A stretch of 64,000 nucleotides of DNA. It comes from Bdellovibrionales bacterium (GTDB taxonomy: Bacteria > Bdellovibrionota > Bdellovibrionia > Bdellovibrionales > UBA1609). A program made the translations under genes and the position numbers. This document shows, one piece after another, positions 1 through 9,265 of this stretch (position 1 is the stretch's first letter; every line of letters starts with the position of its first letter). The stretch lies in NCBI GenBank assembly GCA_027317865.1, contig DAHVQG010000001.1, positions 256,001-320,000 of the forward strand. Direction: 5' to 3'. The notes beneath the pieces were generated by a model that saw only the letters and a program-made list of their open reading frames with translations, did not search any database and was not told the DNA's origin.

Positions 1-1
1 G

Positions 2-2860
2 ATCCCGAACAAAAAGCCACGTGTCGGCGGGAGCTTTTTCGCCATGAAGTTTAGATCGGCTGAGAAGCGGAGATAGAGCCTTCCAACTTTTTTGTTCATT
101 GCCCAGCCAAAAATAAATTTTAGCGAGCAAGAGCTGTTGTTGCGTTGTTGGGTGGGGGCTGAGTGACTTCCATTTTCTCAACTCAGAAGCAAAGTTTTTT
201 TGATCGTAATAAGCGCCAAATCCAGTGAGGGCTTGCCAGCGCAGAATTTTTGCCTGATCGGAATCCAGATAACCGGCCGCGTGCGAAAGAGCTTTGAAAC
301 TTGCGTCCATTTGCAAGCGATTGCGAAAAAAAGCGGCCGCGAATTCGTAAGTTTCAGCGCAAAGAGCCTTTTCGCTATAACTTAATTTTGTGGCATCAAA
401 ATCTTGCTGAACAAACTTCTTGTAATCGGAAACAAAATTGGTAGCTTTTTTCGCGGCTTTGTATGTCAGAAGCAAATTATGCCAAGATTTTATGATGACA
501 CTTTGGTGGACACCAACGCGAACAGCCGTACGGTACCATTTGCGCGCCATTTTAATGGATTTTTTATTATCTTGAAATGCGACTTGAAAAGCACTTTCGC
601 CGCGAAAATCTCTGAGCAGCTTGTCATGAGCTGCATTTTTGTTCGGAAGCTTTAAAAGAGTTTCTGCCAAATCAAACGCCTGTTGCCAGCGGTTCGCATT
701 GTACAATTCGTCGTTTAAATAAAGATAGTTCTGCCACTCGCGTTGGTCGGCCGGGTTTTGGGTGATAACCGTTTTGATGCGCGCAACCGCGGCGCTATAT
801 TGTTTCAAATTCAATAGACCCTCTAAATAAAGATGGTCACAACTTGCGATTTCATGACTATGGCCAAAGTGATCAATATACCATTTTGACCATTTCACGA
901 TTGTTTGCTGAATGCTGGGAGTCGGCGGACCTGTTACGCCGTCGTGAGACTCCATCGTATTGAGGATGCGCAAAATTGTAAGAGCGGCATCGTTTGCATT
1001 TTCGTAATTAGAGATCAAAGCCGCTTTTGCATACCACTTGAGCGCCTCTTTGGTATTGCCCATTTGCTGTTTTCTTTGCGCCCCAAAATACCAGAAATTG
1101 CCCGATTGCAAGTTTGGAAAATGTTGCGACATTGACGAATACAGAGCGTCGGTCGCGGCCCAAATAGTTGGATCCCCGGTTTTATTACCTTCTTGATGAA
1201 TCGTAAGCTGAATGTTCACGGCTATTTTTAAAAAGCCAGACGGTACAGGTAAACTGGGCTTAATGAATTCATTCAGTGATTTTGCAAGAGCCCGACTTTG
1301 ACCGGCCGCCAGTTCGGTTTCTAAAAGTGTTCCCAACCACGTGTAATAATGTTTGTCGCGTGGATAGGTTTTTAATAGCGTCTTGTAGACTAGAATGCTG
1401 TCGTTAAATTTGCCGGCTTTTCGATAATCAGACGCGACGTCGGTTTGAACAGACATCAGCTTTGCATGGTTAAATCTGAAAATCTGCAGTTCGTGAAGTG
1501 AGGCTTGAGCCGGTAGAAGTTCTGTTAACATAAAAATCATATCGTGTAACGATTCCGCCTGCAGACCAGCCACGTCTTTTACCATTGGATTTTTTTGATA
1601 ATAGAGAACAAGGCGCTCAAGTTGGCGAAGCGCTTTAAACTTCTCTTTCAAATTGTAAAACGCCCATGCGGCTTTATATATTCCGTAGCCAGCTTTTTCG
1701 ACGTCGCCGGTTTGGGCCAAAAGACGGTATGCATTGATCGCCTGATGAAATTCTTGATGATTGTAGTAGTAATCGCCGATGAGTTGGTAAATATCAGCTC
1801 GATATTGCGTGCTCGGATAAAAGTGAATGGTAAGCATCAACCGTGGGATTGCGGTTTCGTATTTTTTTTGCTCCCACAGAACGATTGAGGCGAGAAACAT
1901 AGCTTCTTCAGGGAGCAGCGGCCGCTTTAATTGCACTGATTTTTTGAGCCAAGGGGTAAGCCAATGGTTAGCAATGTCGAGTTGCTCGTCGGCCTTTTGA
2001 GCATAATTAACCGGGTCTTTGATTTGATAGACATTTGCCAAATGCCATTCCACATCAGCCATGAAGTAAGCTAGGTTAGCGTCGCGATCATTGGGCGTGA
2101 TTTGATTGATCATGTTGATGACTTCATTAAGTCTTCGTTTCGATTCGTTGAATTTTAGATTGATTTTGGCGACGTAAATTCGAAACAACGACTCGGCCAA
2201 GACGCGCAGACGGGTATCTTCTAACGTCGAATGTGAAAACGTAATCGATTTGGCTTCGCGGATCGCGGTCGCATATCGATGCATGCGTGTGGCAATTACT
2301 GCGCTTTGCAAAATAAATTCTTTACGCAAACGACGTGTCGATGCCGTGTTGCTGTGGGCCGCGATTTGTAATTCGGATTGAGCTTTTGTCAACTGGCCAA
2401 GTTTAATGAGTGCCCAGATTTTTTGTGCGCGAGCTAATTCGATAAACGGCGAAGTTTTGGGGATTGCGTTCAGATACGACAGCGATACGGAGGGTTGATT
2501 TTTTTCATAATACGCGCGCGCAATGATGAGATAGGCGAGGTCGCGCCAAGTCCCGTAACTTTCAACCAGCCGATGCGAACCTTGAAACTGCATTGGCCCC
2601 TGAAATTGCGATTTTTGAAAAAGCGACTTAAGCGTGGCAATCGTTTGCGAATCATCGCGGTTTTGATCCTCTTGAAATGCTTTTAATATTTGAACAATCG
2701 GGTACCGGGCATCAGTCGCGGATACCTTTGCCATCTTATTGACGGTATCTGAGTTCAAATAAGTTTGTATCTGTTGAAGAAAAGACGCTTGTGCGAGACA
2801 CGGGCGCGCAAATACGAAAGTTGATGCAAAAAATAGAATAAATTGCAAAAGCCTGTTCAT
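2..2860 (-). CDS. Large exported tetratricopeptide-repeat protein, partial (3' end beyond window edge); plausibly a Glt gliding-complex TPR subunit
   Basis: Absent from ORF track, consistent with no stop in the window. ATG at 2860 overlaps TGA of upstream gene (ATGA). Manual translation of the N-terminal part: MNRLLQFILFFASTFVFARPCLAQ signal peptide and TPR-like helices (YQLIGDYYYNHQEFHQAINAYR, YGIYKAAWAFYNL). Same frame is also open over the first ~230 nt of the window. Confidence 0.85.
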   Translation of the reverse strand, partial: MNRLLQFILFFASTFVFARPCLAQASFLQQIQTYLNSDTVNKMAKVSATDARYPIVQILKAFQEDQNRDDSQTIATLKSLFQKSQFQGPMQFQGSHRLVESYGTWRDLAYLIIARAYYEKNQPSVSLSYLNAIPKTSPFIELARAQKIWALIKLGQLTKAQSELQIAAHSNTASTRRLRKEFILQSAVIATRMHRYATAIREAKSITFSHSTLEDTRLRVLAESLFRIYVAKINLKFNESKRRLNEVINMINQITPNDRDANLAYFMADVEWHLANVYQIKDPVNYAQKADEQLDIANHWLTPWLKKSVQLKRPLLPEEAMFLASIVLWEQKKYETAIPRLMLTIHFYPSTQYRADIYQLIGDYYYNHQEFHQAINAYRLLAQTGDVEKAGYGIYKAAWAFYNLKEKFKALRQLERLVLYYQKNPMVKDVAGLQAESLHDMIFMLTELLPAQASLHELQIFRFNHAKLMSVQTDVASDYRKAGKFNDSILVYKTLLKTYPRDKHYYTWLGTLLETELAAGQSRALAKSLNEFIKPSLPVPSGFLKIAVNIQLTIHQEGNKTGDPTIWAATDALYSSMSQHFPNLQSGNFWYFGAQRKQQMGNTKEALKWYAKAALISNYENANDAALTILRILNTMESHDGVTGPPTPSIQQTIVKWSKWYIDHFGHSHEIASCDHLYLEGLLNLKQYSAAVARIKTVITQNPADQREWQNYLYLNDELYNANRWQQAFDLAETLLKLPNKNAAHDKLLRDFRGESAFQVAFQDNKKSIKMARKWYRTAVRVGVHQSVIIKSWHNLLLTYKAAKKATNFVSDYKKFVQQDFDATKLSYSEKALCAETYEFAAAFFRNRLQMDASFKALSHAAGYLDSDQAKILRWQALTGFGAYYDQKNFASELRKWKSLSPHPTTQQQLLLAKIYFWLGNEQKSWKALSPLLSRSKLHGEKAPADTWLFVRD

Positions 2861-3522
2861 AGAACCTTTTTTTCGCTTCCGCTTTTGTCGATGGAGCGCA
2901 ACTCCAGCTGATCAATAACGTAATTGGCGATACGGCGGCGTACGTTCGGGTTAAGGCTTAAAAAGTAAAGACCCATCTGGGCACCGCTCGTATGTTCACG
3001 TTCGAAAATGTGAATGATAACGGCGCGGCAAGTGAACGTTCCGATCTTTTCTTCGGACCGCATCGTAACCGAAACCTCGGCGCCTTTTTGAAAAATAAAC
3101 TTTTCGGATTGAACGGAAATGCCGCGTTCACTGATGTCGACCGTCTGGCAGAAGAGAATATCATTCTCGTCGTGAACAATAGCTTCAACTTCGATCGGCG
3201 CACGCGGAAAGCGCCGGTACATATTTTCAATTCCATAGTGACCGGCGCGGTTTGCGAATATTTCGGTATCGGGTTTTATGACCTTTTGGCCGCGACTTAG
3301 ATTTTGCGGTAAAAATGTAATCGGTTTGGGGCGCATCCGAGTATTGAACACATTGATTTCGTACAAACGGTACCAGCGTTTTTCCGCTAAATCGTGCGAC
3401 CAAATAAAATCTTGAAAATCGAGCGTTTGATCGGCGAGTTTCTGTAAAATTTCGTCCGTGCTAAAGGGACCTTCGGCCCGCAAAGTTTGATCGTTTGGCA
3501 AAAACCATTTGGCATCTGACAT
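2857..3522 (-). CDS. GYF_2/DUF4339 + PilZ domain protein (c-di-GMP receptor)
   Basis: N-terminal WF...EGPFS...DFIW...W GYF_2-like pattern; PilZ motifs RRFPR and DISERG. Confidence 0.85.
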   Translation of the reverse strand: MSDAKWFLPNDQTLRAEGPFSTDEILQKLADQTLDFQDFIWSHDLAEKRWYRLYEINVFNTRMRPKPITFLPQNLSRGQKVIKPDTEIFANRAGHYGIENMYRRFPRAPIEVEAIVHDENDILFCQTVDISERGISVQSEKFIFQKGAEVSVTMRSEEKIGTFTCRAVIIHIFEREHTSGAQMGLYFLSLNPNVRRRIANYVIDQLELRSIDKSGSEKKVL

Positions 3523-3691
3523 TATATATAGACCCTCGCCATTGCCGTTTCGGAGTCTTACTGTCGCGAGTTAAGAGGTGAGACGTTGCGCGACAAACCT
3601 TTTCAATATCTTTTGCAATTACCTTTTCTGGACTCGAACTCGGCACGCGTTGACCGATTGGTCTCATTGAAATTTTAGCAAAGAGGGGCGT

Positions 3692-5281
3692 ATGTTATTG
3701 CGAACAGTTATCTGTAGCGTTCTGGTGTTTTCGGTTACGGCTTTTGCGCGCGGCAACAGCGCCAGTCCAACGACGGGTCAAGGATTTTACTACGACGCCG
3801 CAACGAACAAGTACTTCACCAATGGTCAGCCCACGTTTTCAATTCAACCTCTTGGTAATGCGAAATATCTAGAGAGTATCGACGTCAGCGTCGATAACGG
3901 TAGTTTTAAACCTTACACGGGCAAGCTCAGCTTTCAAACGCAAGGGTTACATACGATTCGGTTTCGCGCAGTTGATCCGGTTTTAAATTGGAGCCCGGTT
4001 CAAGTCTTTCGGCTGTATGTCGACCTAACTCCGCCAACAAGTAAGATATCGTGGAAGGGTCCGTCGTACTTGCGTGACCACGAACTCTATGTCACCCCCA
4101 AAACGAAAATGACTATAGCGGCTGAAGACAATTTGTCAGGCGCTAAAGTAACGTATATTCAAATCGGAAACAGCCCTAAGCAAATCTATAATGGACCGAT
4201 TTCATTTACTCACGACGGAACTGTTAATGTTAAAGTTTCGTCCGTCGACCGAGTTGGCAACAAAGAGCCGTGGCGAAAAATTACTTTTGTCGTCGATAGT
4301 CAGCCGCCGGTAACAACCGCTAAAATTGAAGGGGTCCACTATAAGTCGGGCTCAACATACTATGTAAATTACGGCAGCCAAATTGCCTTGGCTTCGCATG
4401 ATGGCGGCGTTGGTCTCGACAAAATTGAATATCAGATAAATAAAGGCGGTGTGTTGACGTACACAGGCCCTATTGCCCTCGATCAGAAGTATGTTCACCT
4501 CAAATATCGTGGGGTCGATTATCTCGGTAACACCGAACAATGGAAGACACTGTCTTTAGTTCAAGATTCGCAACCGCCGGTCTTAAACGTCACCGAAATG
4601 GGTAAATATATTCATGTCGGAGGTAAAACGTTTGCAAAGCCAGGTTACGTGATTCATGTAGTGGCTCAAGATCGTGATAGCGGTGTTCAAAGCGTACAGT
4701 ACTCAACAGATAATGTTCATTTTAAGCCGCTGACCGGAAATGAAATTGTCGTCCCGTCGACGGGTAGGTTTACATACAACATTCGTGCCGTTGATAACGT
4801 CGGGAATGTCGCCGAGGCCAACCCAATTACGGTTGTCATGGATAACACACCACCGACAACGAATGCGCAATTTGCAGAAAAGGTAGTGAAAAAGGGGAGT
4901 TTGATTTTAACTTCGCTCCCGAATGAACTTTCATTAGTGAGTTCAGACAGTGGCTCGGGGGTCGATCATGTCGAATATTCGTACGACGGCACGCACTTTA
5001 AATATTTAAAAGGTTCCATCGATCTTGCAACGTGGCGACATTCGCTTCGCACCGTCTATTACCGTGCGGTCGATCGTTTAGGTAACGTTGAACCCACTCA
5101 AAAATTAAATGTGCAGGTGCTTACGCACGGCCCGCGCGTGGGTTTATTTGTTGAATCCGGTAATTCACCACGCGTCCCGTTGTCGGCGATTATCGCGCGT
5201 CAGAATTCGCAGAAACCGAACCGTTACCATCGTCGTGCTCGACGGCATGTCGCCTCGGTGCCTAAAAAGCATGGAGGTTAA
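3692..5281 (+). CDS. Secreted protein with tandem Ig-like (OmpL47-type) beta-sandwich repeats
   Basis: Signal peptide; about five repeats of D-x-x-P-P...D..SGV..I.Y...Y(R)AVD..GN.E; basic C-terminal tail. Confidence 0.75.
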   Translation: MLLRTVICSVLVFSVTAFARGNSASPTTGQGFYYDAATNKYFTNGQPTFSIQPLGNAKYLESIDVSVDNGSFKPYTGKLSFQTQGLHTIRFRAVDPVLNWSPVQVFRLYVDLTPPTSKISWKGPSYLRDHELYVTPKTKMTIAAEDNLSGAKVTYIQIGNSPKQIYNGPISFTHDGTVNVKVSSVDRVGNKEPWRKITFVVDSQPPVTTAKIEGVHYKSGSTYYVNYGSQIALASHDGGVGLDKIEYQINKGGVLTYTGPIALDQKYVHLKYRGVDYLGNTEQWKTLSLVQDSQPPVLNVTEMGKYIHVGGKTFAKPGYVIHVVAQDRDSGVQSVQYSTDNVHFKPLTGNEIVVPSTGRFTYNIRAVDNVGNVAEANPITVVMDNTPPTTNAQFAEKVVKKGSLILTSLPNELSLVSSDSGSGVDHVEYSYDGTHFKYLKGSIDLATWRHSLRTVYYRAVDRLGNVEPTQKLNVQVLTHGPRVGLFVESGNSPRVPLSAIIARQNSQKPNRYHRRARRHVASVPKKHGG

Positions 5282-5283
5282 TC

Positions 5284-5592
5284 ATGTTCAAATGGCCGTT
5301 AAAGCGGCTTGCGATTTTAGCATTAAGTTCCGGGTGGCTGATTGTAACGGCTGCCATTTTTGCGAGTATTTCGGCGCGTGCTAAAAACGTCACGGTAATT
5401 AAAAAGATCGAATACAAAAAGCACACCGAATTGGATTTCACTGGCTCGTCCGTTGAGGGCAAAGCGCATACCCCCGAAGTTTTTTATATTTTTCAAAGCC
5501 GTTGGTCGCAAGGTCCCAATATCGCGCGCGCGCCGAGCTCCATGAATTATGACCGGCCGATTACGCGAAAAGTGTTAGAAGGTGAATTGTGA
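5284..5592 (+). CDS. cglF: Adventurous gliding motility protein CglF/GltF-like
   Basis: Small exported protein with YKKHTELDFTGSSVEGK..P motif typical of CglF/GltF; directly upstream of gltG-like gene. Confidence 0.7.
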   Translation: MFKWPLKRLAILALSSGWLIVTAAIFASISARAKNVTVIKKIEYKKHTELDFTGSSVEGKAHTPEVFYIFQSRWSQGPNIARAPSSMNYDRPITRKVLEGEL

Positions 5593-7328
5593 GCCGTACC
5601 TTTGGCCTTTTTCGCATTGAAAAAAACAAGCAGGATCTCGTCGGCGTTCTTGATGGCCGCGCAATAATTGGTAAAAACGTAAAATCAAACGTAGTTTTAG
5701 ACGACTCGCGGGTGGATGCGTTTCATGCGCTAATTGAAAAAAATGACGACGGCACCTTTACCGTCATTGATTTGGGTAGTTTCTATGGCATTTATAAAAA
5801 CGGCCGGCGTATTGAACAGTCGCGGATCAAGACAAAAGAGCGTTTGGTCATCGGTTCGCACTCGTACTGTTTGGATTTTGTAGATGCCGACCAAAAAAGA
5901 GCTTCGCTTACGGTCGTACCACCTGAAAAAGACGATAGTGAAAAACTAAATCGAAAGGTACGAAGCGCTCCCGAACTTGTAACAAATTTAAATGTGTTAG
6001 AAGTGACGCTTGTTTGGGGCGAAAGGACGCTCGAGGTCCGAACGTTTCGAGAAGGAGCGGTCATTACAATTGGACCGCAACAAGACGCAACATTTACAAT
6101 TGCGCTTCGTGGTGAAAAACTCCAGCGAACACCCGTGCGTCTTGCCCAATATGAAAAAGGTTTCGTCGCGTTTCATTTGCCGGTTGAAGCAAGTGGATTG
6201 ATTTGGCAAGGTGCTGAAACGATTTCGATAGATAATTTACGGCATCAAGACAAATCCAAAACTGAATTTTCGGATTTAAATTTAAAAATCAGAGTAGGCG
6301 ATCGCGCGCATATCGAGTTTGGCGAGCTAAGCCTCAATTTTCGATTTGTTGCGAAAGTTAGACAGGAGATACGCCCGTTTTGGAAGGACCTCGATGCGAC
6401 ATTCGTGAAAATCGGTGTTGCCACTGTCGCTTTCTTTTTACTCGTTGCCGGTCTTTTGTCGATTCACGAGAAGCCGCCAGCCCCGCCGACCCTAGCGCAA
6501 ATTCCTGCGCAGTTGAAGCGCGTGCTATACAACGCAGGAATCGAAAACGCGCTTAGAAAACAGCAAGCGGCAATCGGTCAATTGGCGCAAAATCTCGAAG
6601 GGGGACGAGCCAAAGGCACAGAAGGCAAGGTGAGTGGTCAGTTTGATCGGCGTAAAGTCGTACAGCACAAAGCCGCCTTACGTCATCGTATGAACGCCGT
6701 CGCTCAGAGTGAATCCGCTGCTATACAAAAAGAGTTGAATACCGCGTTTTCAGCCGGCTCAACTACAGAGACGAATCCGACGGCCAAAGCGGTTGTGATG
6801 GAGGGCTCGCCGCACGCGGGTAATGCCGCAGCCGCAATTATTAACGGCGGTTTTGCGCGTGGCACTCAGGGCCTTGGCCCTGGCGGTGGCGGTCAAAGTG
6901 TCGGCATCGGTTCGCTCGAAGGCTATTCGACGGGCGGTGGCTTAGGTGCCGGTGACTTCGGGCTTTCGCCGTCAAAAGGTCGCGCAATACATATCGGTGA
7001 TTTGCAACAAACGGACATCGAAGTTTTGGGTGGACTTGACCCGAGCGTGATAGCAGCCATTATCCGCCGCTATTTGGCGCAAATTCAAAATTGTTACGAG
7101 CAACAACTCACGCTGCACCCGAATCTAAGAGGGAAGGTAACGGTTGCGTTTATTATTGGCCCGAACGGCGGGGTCGAGAAGGCAAATATTTTCGAAAGTA
7201 CTTTAAACAATTTGCCGACAGAGGAATGTATTGTTCACCACGTCGAGGGCTGGAAATTCCCAAGACCAAGGGGTGGCGGGACAGTCGGCGTTAAATATCC
7301 GTTCTTGTTGATGTCGAACGGAAATTAA
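5589..7328 (+). CDS. gltG: GltG/PglI-like protein: FHA domain, TM helix, Gly-rich linker, TonB_C-like (AgmX/PglI) C-terminal domain
   Basis: FHA (IIGK...HALI...DLGS.YG...NG), single TM, C-terminal IQNCYEQQL...GKVTVAFIIGPNG...WKFPRPRGGG.V.VKYPF. Confidence 0.8.
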   Translation: MSRTFGLFRIEKNKQDLVGVLDGRAIIGKNVKSNVVLDDSRVDAFHALIEKNDDGTFTVIDLGSFYGIYKNGRRIEQSRIKTKERLVIGSHSYCLDFVDADQKRASLTVVPPEKDDSEKLNRKVRSAPELVTNLNVLEVTLVWGERTLEVRTFREGAVITIGPQQDATFTIALRGEKLQRTPVRLAQYEKGFVAFHLPVEASGLIWQGAETISIDNLRHQDKSKTEFSDLNLKIRVGDRAHIEFGELSLNFRFVAKVRQEIRPFWKDLDATFVKIGVATVAFFLLVAGLLSIHEKPPAPPTLAQIPAQLKRVLYNAGIENALRKQQAAIGQLAQNLEGGRAKGTEGKVSGQFDRRKVVQHKAALRHRMNAVAQSESAAIQKELNTAFSAGSTTETNPTAKAVVMEGSPHAGNAAAAIINGGFARGTQGLGPGGGGQSVGIGSLEGYSTGGGLGAGDFGLSPSKGRAIHIGDLQQTDIEVLGGLDPSVIAAIIRRYLAQIQNCYEQQLTLHPNLRGKVTVAFIIGPNGGVEKANIFESTLNNLPTEECIVHHVEGWKFPRPRGGGTVGVKYPFLLMSNGN

Positions 7329-7339
7329 GGGGAGCCTAT

Positions 7340-8032
7340 ATGAGTCATCTACTTGAACTATTTAAACAGGGCGGATGGGCAATGTATCCGATTGCATGCT
7401 TGCTCGTCGTCAGTACGACTGTCATGCTCGAACGCATTTACAAAATTATATTTATTTATGACGCCAATGGCGCGGATCTCATGCAAAAAGTGCAGCGGCA
7501 CGTTCTCGAGAACAATGTCGAAGAAGCAATCAAAATCTGCAATCAGAAAAAGGATGCAGCGGTTTATCAAATTTTTAAAGCTGCGCTTATGAATGCCAAT
7601 CGTCCTTTTGATGAAATTCAAGATCAAGTTGAAGTGACAAAGCTTGGAATTGTTCCGAAATTGCAAGTGCGACTCCCATATCTCTTTACGATTGCCAATA
7701 CCGCAACACTGATGGGTCTTCTCGGCACCGTACTCGGGCTCATCCGCACTTTTCACGCGATCGGCGCGGTCGAAGGGTCGCAAAAGCAATTGCTCCTCTC
7801 GGCCGGCATTGCCGAGGCTATGAACTGTACGGCGTTTGCGTTGATGGTCGCCGTGCCCACGATGCTCGTTTATGGATTTCTGTACAACCGCATCACCGTT
7901 TTGACCGACAGTCTCGACCATTATTCGGCTCAACTTTTGGTCTTGCTTCGTACGGGTAGTCAATATTTCGATCGGTTTAAATCGGACACGGCGGTGAGTA
8001 CGCAGCAAACGCCTAAGAAAAAATCAGCTTGA
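7340..8032 (+). CDS. aglR: MotA/TolQ/ExbB proton channel protein (AglR-like)
   Basis: GGWAMYPI, TLMGLLGTVLGLI, GIAEAMNCTAFAL motifs; context with two ExbD genes. Confidence 0.85.
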   Translation: MSHLLELFKQGGWAMYPIACLLVVSTTVMLERIYKIIFIYDANGADLMQKVQRHVLENNVEEAIKICNQKKDAAVYQIFKAALMNANRPFDEIQDQVEVTKLGIVPKLQVRLPYLFTIANTATLMGLLGTVLGLIRTFHAIGAVEGSQKQLLLSAGIAEAMNCTAFALMVAVPTMLVYGFLYNRITVLTDSLDHYSAQLLVLLRTGSQYFDRFKSDTAVSTQQTPKKKSA

Positions 8033-8067
8033 AACTGCGCTCGACGGCTGAGCGAGAGTAAAAATAT

Positions 8068-8709
8068 ATGGCGCTCAAATACCAACGGATGCGAAAAAGT
8101 CAGTTGCCTAACGGCGAATTGAACATCACTTCGCTAATGGATATTCTCACGACGCTTATATTTTTTATCGTGCTTTTAGCGGGATTTAACAATTTTTTTG
8201 AAATTCCCGCGAATCCGCTTTCAATGGGCCGCAGTACAACAGCGCAGAAGAAAGCGGCTTTTACTCTTGAGGTGACTGTTGAAAAGCCAACCGTACTGAA
8301 AATTTGGTTAGGACCGATCAATGGTCTCAATATTACCAATGGTAGCCGTCTCAGAAATTTTTTGCGGCGAAATTTCAGAGGTAACGACGCCGTTGGGTTC
8401 ACGCGAATTGTTGAAAATCGCAATCCAAAGGTTGCACTACAATCGATGCAAAAGCTTTTGATTCAAATTAAAAAAGGGTTTCCAAACAAATATCGGGCGG
8501 TTGTCGCTTTTGATGGCGGAATATCATATCAAACAATGATTAACGCAATCTCGGCTGTGCGCAGTTATCGTGATAGATCGGCGACTCCAGAACCGGACTT
8601 AGGCACTTCGCGAATGCCGTCGTCGACAACGGCAAATAACCAAATTGCCGAGCAGGGTATTGCATTATTCCCAGAGGTTGTAATTTCGGAGTGGAGCAAA
8701 GGTAAGTAG
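8068..8709 (+). CDS. ExbD/TolR family protein (AglQ-like)
   Basis: ELNITSLMDILTTLIFF TM with conserved Asp; C-terminal ISYQTMINAISAVR. Confidence 0.8.
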   Translation: MALKYQRMRKSQLPNGELNITSLMDILTTLIFFIVLLAGFNNFFEIPANPLSMGRSTTAQKKAAFTLEVTVEKPTVLKIWLGPINGLNITNGSRLRNFLRRNFRGNDAVGFTRIVENRNPKVALQSMQKLLIQIKKGFPNKYRAVVAFDGGISYQTMINAISAVRSYRDRSATPEPDLGTSRMPSSTTANNQIAEQGIALFPEVVISEWSKGK

Positions 8710-8713
8710 AGAT

Positions 8714-9244
8714 ATGGCATTGGTGAGAAAGAAAAAGCGGCACATGCTCGAAATGGGGCTCAACATTACCTCCCTCATCGACGTGCTCACGGTTATTTTG
8801 TTTTTTCTTGTTAAAAGTATGAGTGTCACAACAGCAGCCGTTAAACCGCCGCCGGATATACGATTGCCGGCTGCCGTAAGTAATTCGAAGGTAGTCGAAG
8901 CGACGTCGGTCGCGCTTTCACTTCGCGATTTGCGAGTAAATGGCCAGGTCATTCTTACGTTAAAAAATGGTAAGTTTGCGGCGGCGCAATTGAGCCGTGA
9001 CGGGCAAGAAATTAAAGTACTCCAGACGGCTCTGACAAAAGAACGGCAGAAAAAGCTTGCGTTGTTTAAGGGCGTGTCGGGCAAAAAATTTTTAGCTCCT
9101 CGAAAAATTCTAATTCAAGCTGACAAGGATTTGCCGTTTGATACGATAAAATATGTTCTGCACACGGCAGCTGTAGCCGGTTATACTGATTATCAATTTG
9201 TAGTGATTCAAAAGTCTGCGCGCGCACCCGCCTCGACGCCGTAG
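8714..9244 (+). CDS. ExbD/TolR family protein (AglS-like)
   Basis: LNITSLIDVLTVILFFLV TM; ILIQADKDLPFDTIKYVLHTAAVAGY. Confidence 0.85.
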   Translation: MALVRKKKRHMLEMGLNITSLIDVLTVILFFLVKSMSVTTAAVKPPPDIRLPAAVSNSKVVEATSVALSLRDLRVNGQVILTLKNGKFAAAQLSRDGQEIKVLQTALTKERQKKLALFKGVSGKKFLAPRKILIQADKDLPFDTIKYVLHTAAVAGYTDYQFVVIQKSARAPASTP

Positions 9245-9265
9245 CTGTCAATAATCGGAGGACAA

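Noticed and set aside
200-2686. Short ORFs listed in the track over 200-2686
   Set aside because: Shadows of the long minus-strand TPR gene that runs off the window
7358-8008. 216-aa minus-strand ORF
   Set aside because: Antisense to the well-supported TolQ/AglR gene; no motifs
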